Positions 39,301 to 49,200 of a DNA stretch of 64,000 bases are shown piece after piece; position 1 is the stretch's first letter; each line of letters opens with the position of its first letter. A program made the translations under genes and the position numbers. This DNA is from a virus. Its lineage: Duplodnaviria; Caudoviricetes. The DNA is taken from IMG/VR virus record IMGVR_UViG_3300017909_004705; one strand, written 5' to 3'. The notes below the pieces were generated by a model. That model ran no database searches. It was given only the letters and a program-made list of their open reading frames with translations, and had not been told where the DNA came from.

Positions 39301-42300
39301 GCCAAAATATCGCCGTTGTCATTTGCCTCTAACCTGTGGCCGAACCTCTGTCCTGAGCCGCCATCTGGTGCTTCTATTGTGTAATCCTGTGTCCATGTGT
39401 CATACGTAGAACCGTCTGATCCAACTGCCCACTTGTACATGTAAACTCTTCCTTGGTCACTGTCATGTCCAGGAGCCGAAATAAAAAGATACTTGGTAGG
39501 TGTTGTGGTCAACGAGTCGGCGCCAGGTTCGGATATTTGGTGTTGCCAACCAAAGTTCAATCCTTCGTTGCTACTAGATCCGTCCGTTGGAGGAGATATT
39601 GTGTTTAGTATCGAATACTCAAAAGTGCTTGGATTCCATTGGTATACCTTAACAAGTCCCGAATCTATCTGCCTGGTGCTACCGTCTGAGTCGACTGTGT
39701 TACTGAATGGTGCACCTGCAACCACATAATTCTCATCGGTACTGATTGATAACGATTCACCCAATCTGCTGGTATTGTCATCGTTCTCTGTCATAGTGAC
39801 AGTTGACTGAGTTGAGAGGCTAGTGCCTGCATCTGCATTTTTCCTAAATAGGAAATGCACTTCACCTTGCCCTTTGCCTGGTGCTGAAACAATAATTGTT
39901 CTACCGTCGTTACGTGCAACAATCCTGTGTCCAAACTCCTGTGATGCTGTCGTGGCATCAGGTGAAAGAACCAGTCCTGCATCGTATGGATCACACTTTT
40001 CGTACACACGCCACAGTCCTGAACTGTCGCTGTCAGCAAAAACCTTGTCCCCTTCTCTGTCTATCGCAGAATCTCTGTCATTGTATTCACTGTGATGTAT
40101 TAGATCGTTCACATTGTCCATTGATGCGAGTCTTACAGAAATAAATTTGCTTATGTTTCCAAAACTGTCTGCTGTTGAACCATCTTCTAATGTTGGTATG
40201 AAACCCACGTTTCCTTGGAAATCAATAATGACCGTCTTGTGACTCACAACGGCCGCTACTTGATACACACCATTAAGCGTTGGCTCCTCACTATTAGAGA
40301 TTGCAAAAAAGTCCGGTTGGCTTGTAGAAGAACCTGCTGACAGACCATGTGATCCTGTGAATGTGATCTCCAACTGTGTTGCATCGTTTATAGACCGTAG
40401 ATCTGCAATGGTTACTCCTGCGTTGGTTATTCTAAACACGTCCCAATCATTGTTGCTCTTGTTTGCCACCCAAATTAAATCATTTGCTGACACAGTTGAC
40501 ATGTCTAGGTTCAAAAGCTCTGTTATGTTGAATGCAGTGTGTTGCACCTGGGTTAGCCTAGGATACCCTGCTGTTTTAAATACCTGGGCTCTGTCTCTGT
40601 CTATTCCTTCTTTTGTATAATCTAGTCTTTTGAAAGTTTCCGAGGCAGTGTATTCAACCGGCCTGAAATAAAAATTTTCCTTGACTATGCCACGTGATCT
40701 TCCATATGACGCCGTTTCATTTGTGTTGTCTAAAAGTTCTATGCTTTGCGGGTTAAATTGGATTTCACTGTCTTTTAGAGTTATCTGTATGTTTTCAGTT
40801 GTGTCTGTGTTTCCAAATGACCCTGTCCTAATCATCCATTCAGGATATAGGTCGAGATTTATATCTTCGCCTTCATACTTCGCTTTTAAAATTTTATCTA
40901 TTGCCGCCTGTGTTCCTTTTTCTCTGATATAGCCTTGGTAGAACTTGTATTGTGATACATCATTTACAAATAGATTCTCAAGATAGTCTCTTGACTGATA
41001 GCCTATTAGCCTCTGAGCCAGTTCCTGTTGTGATTCGTCAAAGTTGTTTGTCTCTAGATTGTAGAAATCGTTGAACTGCGATATCTTATATTCGAAATTC
41101 GGAATCAGTTGTGGTGCAGGTTTTTGATCTTTCTGTGTCCAATTTAGTGTATCAAACTTAGATCCTGAATTATGATTGGTTTTTGCCACATAAAATTTTC
41201 CTTGATATTCAACGCTGTCACCTATTCTGTAATCTGTATTCGCCAACCAATATGTGACCTGTGCCGCATCAAACACAAAACCTGGGGCATAGTAGTCACC
41301 GTTCCAATTTGCAGTCTTCCAGCCAACCACTTTCAATCTTTGCTGTCTGAAACCTGTTGACGGTTCATAAATTATATCTGAGAACACAGTTTTGTTGTCA
41401 AAGATCAGCAAGTGTTCTTTCTGCACAGTGTTCAAAGAGATGTTGTAAAGTCCAATTGTGTCTGACTTGATTCCAAGCTCGAACGTCTTGCCAATTCTTT
41501 TTGTTGACAGTTCGGCTATGTCTATCTTCCTACCGCCTGCATCAAGCACTGAGTAGTCGCCTGCAAGATTCCTTAGTTTCCCAACAACACTGTTATCTGT
41601 GTCCAGTTCAAACCCGTCCGCGGCCGGTGATACTGTCACAGCAGATCCAGGAGCCCATTCCTGCGTGGTCCAAAATAAAAATTCCCTGACCGCGTTTGAC
41701 CAATTCAATGTTTCTTTCAATTCATTTGAAAACTTGTTGAATTTGAAGCCCTGTGACTCTAGCCAGTGTCCATATCCAAACAAGAAGTCTGCCACGTCCT
41801 GTATAGTGTCAAACACATGTCCATACGGTATGGTCTGTGTCGCTTGTTGGTGTGTTGCATATTTTTTGACTACCAGTGAACCTTCCACTGAGACTGGTGT
41901 GACCGATGAAGTTGTTACTGGGTAGTTGAACTTGAAGTAAGGTCTCACAGTGTTATATCCAAGCACTTTGTAGCCACCAAGCACCGTTGAGCCATCTGCA
42001 CTAATGTCTGTGTTCTTTTCTATAAGCACACCCGAGTAGTAGAAACTCTCAACAGGATTTGATGTCCTGAACAATATTTTAAAGTTTTCGTCGGGGATAA
42101 ATTTAGAGCCTGACGTGGATCCAGGAGAAACACTGTCCGTCAACACTTTTATGTTTTCTTTGTCTGTGAAGCCGCCTAACTTGTATGCCAACTGGACAGT
42201 CAGTCCTTTCATTTTGTCAGTGTAAAAAGTTTCTGCATCAAGATTCCTTGACACTAGATAGTTGATCACATAGTTCTGATACCCTGTGGTCTGATATCTA

Positions 42301-45300
42301 GTTGTGACACCTGTTGCAGTGTCTGTCGAGGTTTCAAGATGATACTTGGCAGTGGCCAGTGTTCTCCTGATGCCGGTATCGGTATCAATTTGGTTTTCTG
42401 CCGTGTTTGTTCCAAGCCTAGATACGTCAAAAAAGTTAGAAAAGAATTTAGCAGGTTTTGTCACTGCAAGTGTCTTCAAGGCAGTAAACGGAAATGAACT
42501 TGATCTTCTCCATGCCGTTTCCGCAGGTGCATGGTCTCCAAATTTCCAAGCATTCTGCCTACCTGGTATGTCATAGTTGTCAACAAGTCCTGACGCCAAA
42601 GGATCAAGCAAATTTCCTGATGCGTCAACTGGCAAGTATGATCGTATTGTTGGTTTGCCATATCTGCCAACCTCGGTCGCAATCCTGTTCCATAAAACAT
42701 CATTGGCAGATGTGTAAGGAGCCGGGCCATAAAGGTCCTCCCAGTCGCTTGGTTTTTCCGAATGTCCTAACATCTCCCACGGTCTCACATGCGGTGCGTC
42801 TGTGTCATAGAAGTATTTGTATATGCCTCTCCAGTGTCCTGGTAGGTTTTCATCTATAAGTCTGCCTCTAGATCTTGCGTAGTTGTATGTGAAAGGTGAT
42901 CCTTCAGAGAATGCTGTGTTGTTAATGTACTGAACATTGTTCCTACCTGCCCATTTGTAAAAGTCAGGACCCATGATATCATTTATTTCTCCAAGCGTGT
43001 AATCAGTTGACGTAAATGCACTTGGAATCACATCATTCATTTCCAGCAAGTCTGAATCGAATGTCACTTTAATGTTGTTGTAAATTCTTTTTTCAAGTTC
43101 TAAGATCAAATCATCACGTTCGTCTCCGTATGCTTTTATGATCGAACCGTCATGTTTTCTTATAACTGCCGTGTCAACAAGAAATGTATTATCCGTAAAT
43201 GCTTCTGGTGTGAATTTAGGATACATACCAAGTTTGGTAGGGGACGGTGGCATGTAACTGCCAGTGGTATCTTCGTAGTCCTTGATTACAATTTTATCTC
43301 CTTCTACTAGGGCTCTTGATATGTTTACAGAATCATCTGTGGTGCTAAAAGTATAGTCCGTGCCTAGTAGTAACTGAGCGCCATTGAGATAGACATACAC
43401 CGCCCTGTTGCTAGGCTTAGATATATCATGTTGTGAATTTAAAGCATAATCTTTCTGTGATGATCCCATCACAGTGTATAATCTAGTTGACACGTTTTCT
43501 CCATACCCTATCATGTCCTCATAGAAGAAAGGGAAACTGCTATCTCTACCTGGCGTGATCGCTGAAATTATCTCGTCCACCCTGTCAGCGGCAATACCTT
43601 CATAAGAAGTGCCTGTGGCGTGGGTCAAGAACGAATTGTACCATTTCTCATATTCTTGATTAGCATAATCAATGGCAGTGATTGCATTTGCCTCTTGATC
43701 AATAAGATTGAAAATGGCCGGCAACAAAGGTGCTTCGTGTTGCTGAATGCTTCCGCCTTTTAATCTGGCGTCAGGCTTGTCCCTGAGATTCGACACCCCT
43801 GGTATTGATCCTGTGACATCCGGATTCCTATCAAGAATGTCTCTCACATGATTTAAAATTTGGCCAAAAGTAAAAGTGCCCAACTGTTCATTCAATGAGT
43901 TTGTTGATAAATTTTGTGGTAGTTCGTATATGCCCTTATCACTCACTTTGTCAGCACTGCTATATCCTGCTATCCTTACCTGGTCGTTTATTTCAAGATC
44001 CTCGTTGAATTTAACATACTTGTTTGTTGATCCATCGACTAACGTGTAATCTGTTGACAACGTTTTTCGTGTTCCATTTACCACTACCGACACTTCTAAA
44101 TCAGTCAGTGAAGCAGAGTTTTTGAAGAAGTCAATTGGAAAAAGTTTCTTTTCTGTGGCATCAACTATAAGGGTTCTCACAACCCGCTGTTTACTGTCAC
44201 TTGTTCTCTTTATCCAAGAACTTCTGGAATTGTGTGTGGCACGTCCTGTCGTGTAGTGCAGATGTCCTTCGCCAAGCCTTTTGGTGACGGTAGTTGTGCC
44301 GCTTTTGTATGTGAATGTACCTGCGGTATGATCAGATTCGAAAACAATGTCACCTATGTTGTTAATTGTGTTGTATTTTACTTTTATGCCTAGCACGGTG
44401 TCTGTAGTTGCCGAGTCAGATGTTGCAAATTCAAAAACTTTTGCTCCAGCGAATGTTGAGTTAGGATACGTAGTGGCGTCATCGAACGACACATGATCGT
44501 TGTCGAACATTGCAAAAAGAGGTTGCTGGTTTACTCCAGTCTTCTGTTGTGCTTCTTTCCATTCTGTGGTAGTGGTGTCAAAGTAAAAGGTCTTACCTTG
44601 ATTATTGGTTCCAAATTCTATAAAAACGCTGTCGTCGGCTGTAGGCACTCCATCGTCCTCTAGTGTAAGACTAATATTTTGCGAACTGTCTCCAGTGTCG
44701 GCAAAACTGACTTTGTAAATTCTTCCCTTGACTGTAGGATCAGTGTCTGCCGCAAATATCACCCTCATTCCTTCAGCAAGTGTGATACCATCGATAATGT
44801 ATCCGGTCTGTAGAACTATTTCACTGAATGCATCCTTGGTGACTGTGTCGTACAAGGTTACAGATTTCTTTGCCACTGTGCCGTGATTGTACAGGGCAAG
44901 TCCTGAATCGAATTCAATAATGGGTCTTTTGGCTCTAGCGTCCTCGTCGAAAGTTGCCGTGAAGCCTCCTATCCTAGCAGTCTCTTCTATCACCGATCTA
45001 TGGAACCACCTGTTGTATCTAGACCAGGCGTTCTGGTCTCTGGAATCTCTTTTGATTGTGATATAATCCAGTGTTTCTGGAATGTAGAACGCTTTTGCAT
45101 ATGGTCTTGAGTCGTACGCCACTGAGTCATAAAGTATCGTCGACTCGGTTGCATAAGAGCCTGGTGTGATAAGGTCCTCAACATCTGTCAGTGTGATAGC
45201 ATCACCAACTCCCTCAACATAGTATTCTTTGTTTTGATACGCAGTAGGAACCTTATCATTTTTGAATGTAATCTTCATTCCATTAGAAAGATCAAGCGTC

Positions 45301-46232
45301 CTTAAACTGTAATTTTTTGTTCCTATGATGTCATTCTCAGGATTGATTTGGACTGTGGATGTTATATCTCTGATTTGTAGTAGGCCGTACATGGCATTGT
45401 GGTTGCCACACTGATAATATAAAGTGTCAGGTGCTCCTGTAAGTGGTACCGTGAACGTTACTGTGCCGTAATCGGCACCGTTGTTTGTAACGCCTGAGCT
45501 GAAAAGTGTTGATGTTGACCCGTCTTCCGCAACCTGATTGTTATAAGGTTCAGTCATTATGTAGAAAGGATGACCTTTTGCGTTTACATTGAATTTGTAG
45601 GTGTTTCCCCTGTACAGAATAAGAGTTGGATTGTTTTCATTTTCCCTGTGGGTGAACTCGTAGGCCGCTTGGGCATTATTTTTTACAGAGTATTCAACCA
45701 CCGAGTTCGGTCCAACTGAATCTATCTCTATTGATCCTGGTCCATCAGGCATCCAGTAGTATTCTCTGTAGTTGACCAGTTTGTCATAGTCTATTGCAGG
45801 GTTCCAACTGTAGACAGTTTCCTTGTTTAACCTGTCATGGTTATCTACATTGCCTCCAAAAAACTTGATCTGGTTTATGTAGTCATCATAGGTACCTGTA
45901 AATTTGACCTGATCCTCAGGATTTATACTGGTTGTGTCTTTGTCTGTGTAAGTTACCGCAGGCTCGAGCTGGTAGGCCATCCTGTCTCTGCTGGTTGCAG
46001 GCAGGTACCTGTCATTGACGTTTCTTGTGTAAGCATCCTGTCTGCCTATGAAACCGTCAAGCCTCTCCAGTGAACCTTTCTGTACCAAAGGATCTAGTGT
46101 ACTTGCTAGAAATCTCTGGTTGCTGTCTGTCCTGTAAAAGGCAGGAAGATGTTGTACGGTACGTCTGTACTCGTTGTTTCCTTGTTTTACAACTTCATTA
46201 TTGACTGATGCGTTTGTTGTGTTGTCTGCCAT
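33306..46232 (-). CDS. Giant (4308 aa) virion structural protein, probable baseplate wedge (gp7-like position)
   Basis: Uninterrupted ORF after gp6-like gene; YINEVKPFHTK motif, cupredoxin-like module, FG-GAP propeller, GDGSTT Ig-like repeats. Confidence 0.8.
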   Translation of the reverse strand: MADNTTNASVNNEVVKQGNNEYRRTVQHLPAFYRTDSNQRFLASTLDPLVQKGSLERLDGFIGRQDAYTRNVNDRYLPATSRDRMAYQLEPAVTYTDKDTTSINPEDQVKFTGTYDDYINQIKFFGGNVDNHDRLNKETVYSWNPAIDYDKLVNYREYYWMPDGPGSIEIDSVGPNSVVEYSVKNNAQAAYEFTHRENENNPTLILYRGNTYKFNVNAKGHPFYIMTEPYNNQVAEDGSTSTLFSSGVTNNGADYGTVTFTVPLTGAPDTLYYQCGNHNAMYGLLQIRDITSTVQINPENDIIGTKNYSLRTLDLSNGMKITFKNDKVPTAYQNKEYYVEGVGDAITLTDVEDLITPGSYATESTILYDSVAYDSRPYAKAFYIPETLDYITIKRDSRDQNAWSRYNRWFHRSVIEETARIGGFTATFDEDARAKRPIIEFDSGLALYNHGTVAKKSVTLYDTVTKDAFSEIVLQTGYIIDGITLAEGMRVIFAADTDPTVKGRIYKVSFADTGDSSQNISLTLEDDGVPTADDSVFIEFGTNNQGKTFYFDTTTTEWKEAQQKTGVNQQPLFAMFDNDHVSFDDATTYPNSTFAGAKVFEFATSDSATTDTVLGIKVKYNTINNIGDIVFESDHTAGTFTYKSGTTTVTKRLGEGHLHYTTGRATHNSRSSWIKRTSDSKQRVVRTLIVDATEKKLFPIDFFKNSASLTDLEVSVVVNGTRKTLSTDYTLVDGSTNKYVKFNEDLEINDQVRIAGYSSADKVSDKGIYELPQNLSTNSLNEQLGTFTFGQILNHVRDILDRNPDVTGSIPGVSNLRDKPDARLKGGSIQQHEAPLLPAIFNLIDQEANAITAIDYANQEYEKWYNSFLTHATGTSYEGIAADRVDEIISAITPGRDSSFPFFYEDMIGYGENVSTRLYTVMGSSQKDYALNSQHDISKPSNRAVYVYLNGAQLLLGTDYTFSTTDDSVNISRALVEGDKIVIKDYEDTTGSYMPPSPTKLGMYPKFTPEAFTDNTFLVDTAVIRKHDGSIIKAYGDERDDLILELEKRIYNNIKVTFDSDLLEMNDVIPSAFTSTDYTLGEINDIMGPDFYKWAGRNNVQYINNTAFSEGSPFTYNYARSRGRLIDENLPGHWRGIYKYFYDTDAPHVRPWEMLGHSEKPSDWEDLYGPAPYTSANDVLWNRIATEVGRYGKPTIRSYLPVDASGNLLDPLASGLVDNYDIPGRQNAWKFGDHAPAETAWRRSSSFPFTALKTLAVTKPAKFFSNFFDVSRLGTNTAENQIDTDTGIRRTLATAKYHLETSTDTATGVTTRYQTTGYQNYVINYLVSRNLDAETFYTDKMKGLTVQLAYKLGGFTDKENIKVLTDSVSPGSTSGSKFIPDENFKILFRTSNPVESFYYSGVLIEKNTDISADGSTVLGGYKVLGYNTVRPYFKFNYPVTTSSVTPVSVEGSLVVKKYATHQQATQTIPYGHVFDTIQDVADFLFGYGHWLESQGFKFNKFSNELKETLNWSNAVREFLFWTTQEWAPGSAVTVSPAADGFELDTDNSVVGKLRNLAGDYSVLDAGGRKIDIAELSTKRIGKTFELGIKSDTIGLYNISLNTVQKEHLLIFDNKTVFSDIIYEPSTGFRQQRLKVVGWKTANWNGDYYAPGFVFDAAQVTYWLANTDYRIGDSVEYQGKFYVAKTNHNSGSKFDTLNWTQKDQKPAPQLIPNFEYKISQFNDFYNLETNNFDESQQELAQRLIGYQSRDYLENLFVNDVSQYKFYQGYIREKGTQAAIDKILKAKYEGEDINLDLYPEWMIRTGSFGNTDTTENIQITLKDSEIQFNPQSIELLDNTNETASYGRSRGIVKENFYFRPVEYTASETFKRLDYTKEGIDRDRAQVFKTAGYPRLTQVQHTAFNITELLNLDMSTVSANDLIWVANKSNNDWDVFRITNAGVTIADLRSINDATQLEITFTGSHGLSAGSSTSQPDFFAISNSEEPTLNGVYQVAAVVSHKTVIIDFQGNVGFIPTLEDGSTADSFGNISKFISVRLASMDNVNDLIHHSEYNDRDSAIDREGDKVFADSDSSGLWRVYEKCDPYDAGLVLSPDATTASQEFGHRIVARNDGRTIIVSAPGKGQGEVHFLFRKNADAGTSLSTQSTVTMTENDDNTSRLGESLSISTDENYVVAGAPFSNTVDSDGSTRQIDSGLVKVYQWNPSTFEYSILNTISPPTDGSSSNEGLNFGWQHQISEPGADSLTTTPTKYLFISAPGHDSDQGRVYMYKWAVGSDGSTYDTWTQDYTIEAPDGGSGQRFGHRLEANDNGDILAVSSLAPGNAGKVEIFRRTSQSNDGSTQHSFVLAQTLTGVSSDGSSLNTAFGESMAMSKDGTTLIIGAPGVDDGSTSQIDGGAVYYYKWNADGSTNTYTLQQTIKAPETQNNMKFGNSLDINQSGNRIVIGAERFATYREMKFDSGETTFDLQDTDVVDLNIGSGGAFTATMYNSKFVIDDMLEGDSVSENDDFGRGVCMIDNTVLVGAPQDDGNTTSDGSTKVENDGTVIRYDLTTSGSFAWKNIASETAFIDVSKLGQVFEFNNKSKQIRDYYDLYDPVKGRILGLADREIDIKTAWDPATYNVGDNANSKTPWAEDHLGEVWWDLSTVKWLWYEQGGQEYKNNNWGRTFPGSSIDVYEWTESRLLPSEWNLRRQTNQVVTGTALYGNDEQYTVKQIYDSRADRFVNVYYYWVKGKTTLPPRSGGDRHRHRAGHRINTVAYVANLIANPSAFDIKYYAVTDTNKLQIYNVNDLVGDDIVLNVDIRTNDFDGDAHSVWKLAREGDADFKPGHQVETRWWDSLIGSNSTGDIVPDPNSPVNERYGNNVRPRQSWYVDRYAALKEIIDYANTVLKKNQLSGTINLSNLDKKEPEPTQQSGEWDATIDTYAELTYINTADLSGSVRYLVKADETANNYWAIYTWDGTEFMRTKLQTYNTSAYWSYTDWYDTDGTMTHDENTKIDKQVTFQYELDTLDLAIGKHVKVTNADTGGWKLFMKTATGFKNVGTENGTIRLSTKLYDYSQDATGFAGADNFDDNFFDQQPSIETRNILTALRDDLFINNLAIEYNTLFFTGLRKVLAEQTYVDWMFKTSFINAKNSVRELDQRKTYTTGTDDWIEDYINEVKPFHTKLREYRLGYDKTETQDGIYTDFDNPTFYDASTGKIRPLNVSLDTAKLTEYPWQMWNDYHKKYVSSITVFDGGSGYTKTPTVNIVGGTVASTGPFQIQATSNRGSTSGSYGYFYPLFSSETQAKIWDSQNGGSGTTNTYGFDGLSGLFYGPSTTITPTSTRSGAYKMYETPDITAATATATIQDGKVTKITLTGKGSNYTATPMVVITGGADDGSTPSDTARAYANLANDLVRDFDTTIKFDRVSSTSRVVDWASNTNYAYNDLLRYNNQLYKVTNAFTSSTDFDDNVGSVYKVYGDETGLTAADRTKGFYTPGAGMPGNELDQVMSGVDYGGTMVTGLLFSQEAGWDKSGWYDFPFDTFGGSRIKAFRADGINNDYTFDTAPATTEVFQVYITQDDSTRKKLPDVIRGDGSTVTFGISETPEANALVEFIPFDDDGVLTPTDDRTIDSIVKGGLFTSALGHAPSDIVLEGDQFVSPDTSYAPEETVPGQMFDTVDIKVYTSPESGVPFISERNYRGDGTTTVFSIGDFPGSLGSVTVAVDGVIQKGSALDSTISDYTIDVANKTITFDTAPANHSEISTKVFAISGENYRVLNTFTGDGSTTAFLTSTRGEFNLDSTSSDIYVTIDGVPTTAYATSISANTITVTFNTPPEADAFVQIAGFNKSTTSTRSFASVRNESITYDGSTNRYALTYPPGAIGPLSGLTTVELNGRLLRGPDNTYYLGDGSTYTYSVLAGLEDDSTVDPAKTISSASQVEVFVNGVQKILNTHYTVDIGNQNVNFNTANVPSSTDVICISTLVDHQYFVDGGADADLVLVPSAITSPYSLSASDTLSVTTFNNALGMKQRREVLEGRSSGVFKLRFDTLNASYTFVWLNGEQLLQGSDYTVSGNTLTINGRTITSSDRLDVLYFAVDSAVNATGFRIFKDMLNRTFYKRISKTATTTLTQDMTPGIKTITVKDGSLLPDPKSIISRDGSSVQTIIPGVIFIDKERIEYFTKSSNTLGQLKRGTLGTGIKEHGSGTEVVDASGTQTIPYADTVYTNTFTGDGSTTVFALSQAPASASELDIFIGGQRLLLTSEDGSTINYSVDGSSTAVTLSTAPASGTQIKILHKKGQVWYTAKDGNPADGRGLQASTTQQAKFIADEPTNAPE

Positions 46233-49200
46233 TAGTATCCTGATCCACTACTGCCGGAACTTGACGACGATCCGGAACCTGTTGTAGTAGAGCCTGACAC
46301 TGCTGATCCTGTTGTGCTGTTCGTTGTGGCAGTTGATACTGATGTGACAACAGATCCCGAAGCCGCTAATTGGTTGGCTCCAAGTGCTGTAATGATTGAC
46401 ACATCATCAACGGTGGCCCCACTGATGAAAATTTCGTCTGCCGCTGAATTCAGTTGGAACAAAGACCCAAAACTTTGTCCTGACTGGTTTGGCACGATTA
46501 CAACCGTTAGTAGGTCAGGTGCCAATTCATTGTGAACATAAGCGGCTAATTCTGTGAAATAAAAACTGTCTCCAAAATCCCAGTTGTCCAAAGCAAAAAA
46601 TTCGTTAATTGCGGCTATCACTCTTGTTTTTATTACTGCATCTGACACATTTGTTTTAGGATTTTTAACAACTTTGAATGTTGCTTGTAATTCTTCATTG
46701 GCTGTCGAGCCAAACAACACTTTGTACTTGACAGGATGGTAAACAATCTGGTCTGATAAAGATTTCAATGGATTTAATATTCCAGAATAGTTTATCCTCA
46801 GTTGATCAGAAGTGGAAGTCTCAGGTGCTGTCCCACCGTCCTGTAGATATATTCTAAATAGATTGTCATAGGTCCTCTCCAGCATGTAAACGTCTACAAT
46901 GTTAGACACACTTGGATCGATCCGTGTTTCTTGGCCAGCATGATGCTTGTATTGGAAACTTAAAGAACTCCTGCCTTTTCTGGCAATGTAATCGGTGCTG
47001 GTTGAGAGTGTGTTCGTTGTGCTGTCATATTTTTTGATCACATCCTCATCCGATGCATAGAAGTAAAATAATTGATTGTCAGAATAAGTTGCACTCGATA
47101 GTGTTATGTCTGCTTCCTTTTCTGACACTACGAAGTTGGAGGCCGCATACGGTCTGAATCTCTCTATATTGTCATATGAAGTGTATTTCTCGAAAAAAAC
47201 AAATTTTGTAGACTCTGCCAGTGTTGGCTCGATTATGATGTCGAACAGTTCCGGATTGTCCACAACTCCATCGTCGTCATCGTCAAAGAATCCAACTTGG
47301 ACTTTCCTGTTGTCTTGGAAGCCATCTGATTCAGTTACTGTGTCCACCACCTGCCAGGTGATAGGATATCCAACGCTGTTGCCTGTGGAAACTATGCTGT
47401 TTGTCTTTAATAATTTTACTGTGTCCTTGACACTTTTTCCTGTTTTATAGTCATAAATTCTTTCTTCCACGTCGTAATGGAACTTGTTCTGTGACTCAGA
47501 TTCAAAAATGTAATCTAGTTTCCTATATTGAACTGTATACGTGTTTCCGTCATTGGTGAATTTGAACCACCAACTTGCATCCGCATTTGTGCCTGTGATA
47601 CTTCCTGTGTCTGCTAGACTGAATACAGAACTTGTTGAAAGATTGGTTGACGTGATTACTTTCCAAGACTCACTGTCTACATCATAACGTAATCCAAACT
47701 CCTCAAAGGCTTCAATCCGATCAATAATATCCGTCTCTAGGGTGCTTGAAAACGAAGTTGTAAGATTTGGAATAATCGCGTTGATCACTGATCCATCAGG
47801 GACCACGTTGTTCAAAGTAACTGGTCCGACCCCTGTCTCTAGGTTACCTTTTCCGCCGTTGGCGCCATCTAACACCACCGCGCCAATCTTTGCCCAAAGT
47901 CTGTCTTCTGCCTCGTCTGTTCCTGCGGTCACCAAAGTATTGTTCAAAAATTCCCTTGTGTCCGGAGACGTGAACTTTATCAAGGCTCCTGGTTTGGCGT
48001 ATTTTAAATTCGAAGTGGCGGAATCGCCTATCACTAGGGCACCACCTGACGTGAAAAATCCAGTGTTTGTGTTTGTTGAAGTCGTTGTGGAATTCCATGT
48101 TGCTGTCAGTCCACTGACGTCTTTGGTAGCATATTTCAGATAATAGAATTGTCTTGCATATGCATTCTTTAATTTTGCTTCTATGTCAGCGTCGATTGTT
48201 GATTGTATATCACTACGATTGTTGAAAGTGAATGTAAACTGTTGTGTTGATTCTTCTCTGTAAAGGATACCGTCCTCAGCAAAGGTGCTGACATTAGAGT
48301 AGGCACCTGTGGGATCCAAGATCTCCTTGGCCCTGGAAATACCCGATGCTGATCTGTTTACAGATCTTACCTTTACAATCTCCTGTGATGCCGATAATGG
48401 CACAACTTGATAATCCTCAGCGGTGATCATCCTGTTCTGCGAATAATAAACCTGAGATGCTTTTTCCTTTATTGAATCATTGGTCTCAGTTGCCGCCGCA
48501 TTGTACACCGCGGCCTTAAGGCTGATAGTCATTGTCAACGACTGTTGTGCACCGTTGGCATCCGTGTATGGCACAGTCAACTGTACGTTCTGCATGTCAG
48601 ACGACTGTATGGCATACTTGGCGTTGTCACTCACCCTGACGTATGCTCTGAAACTTCCCAATGGAATGTTTGAAAAGTTTCCGTCTCCAAACACAAGATC
48701 CACTGCGTCATCATTTTTGGTAACGACGTTGTAAATGTTTCTTTCTGACCTAGACAATGAATTGTAAATTGCGTTATTGCCGGACAGTGCAGGGACCTTG
48801 TTCCATACTTCTGCTATTTGACCAAACTGATCTAATTTGTAAAGCCAAACGTCGGTGTCGTTGACATTTGTTATGTCAAGTGGCTTGACGAAATTGGTTA
48901 CAGATGCATCAATCGTGAAATCTGTCTGCTGTAAGGTTCCTTGTTTGAAAAGGAAGAAAAATCCTGTGTTGTTGGAACTGTCCCCAGATCCGTCAGATCT
49001 GTATGTGTATGTAAGTCCCGATCCAGGCACTGGGTCTGACTCGTAGATGCTGTCTGAACCTGTGATCCTGCTTGACACTATCTCGAATCCCCTCGATATG
49101 CCTCCAACGGATTTTGAAAATTTAAAGATCGGTAAATCCAATTGATTTGAACTTAAAGTGTATACTTCTGTGTCAATGCCACCAATCTGACCCGACTCCC

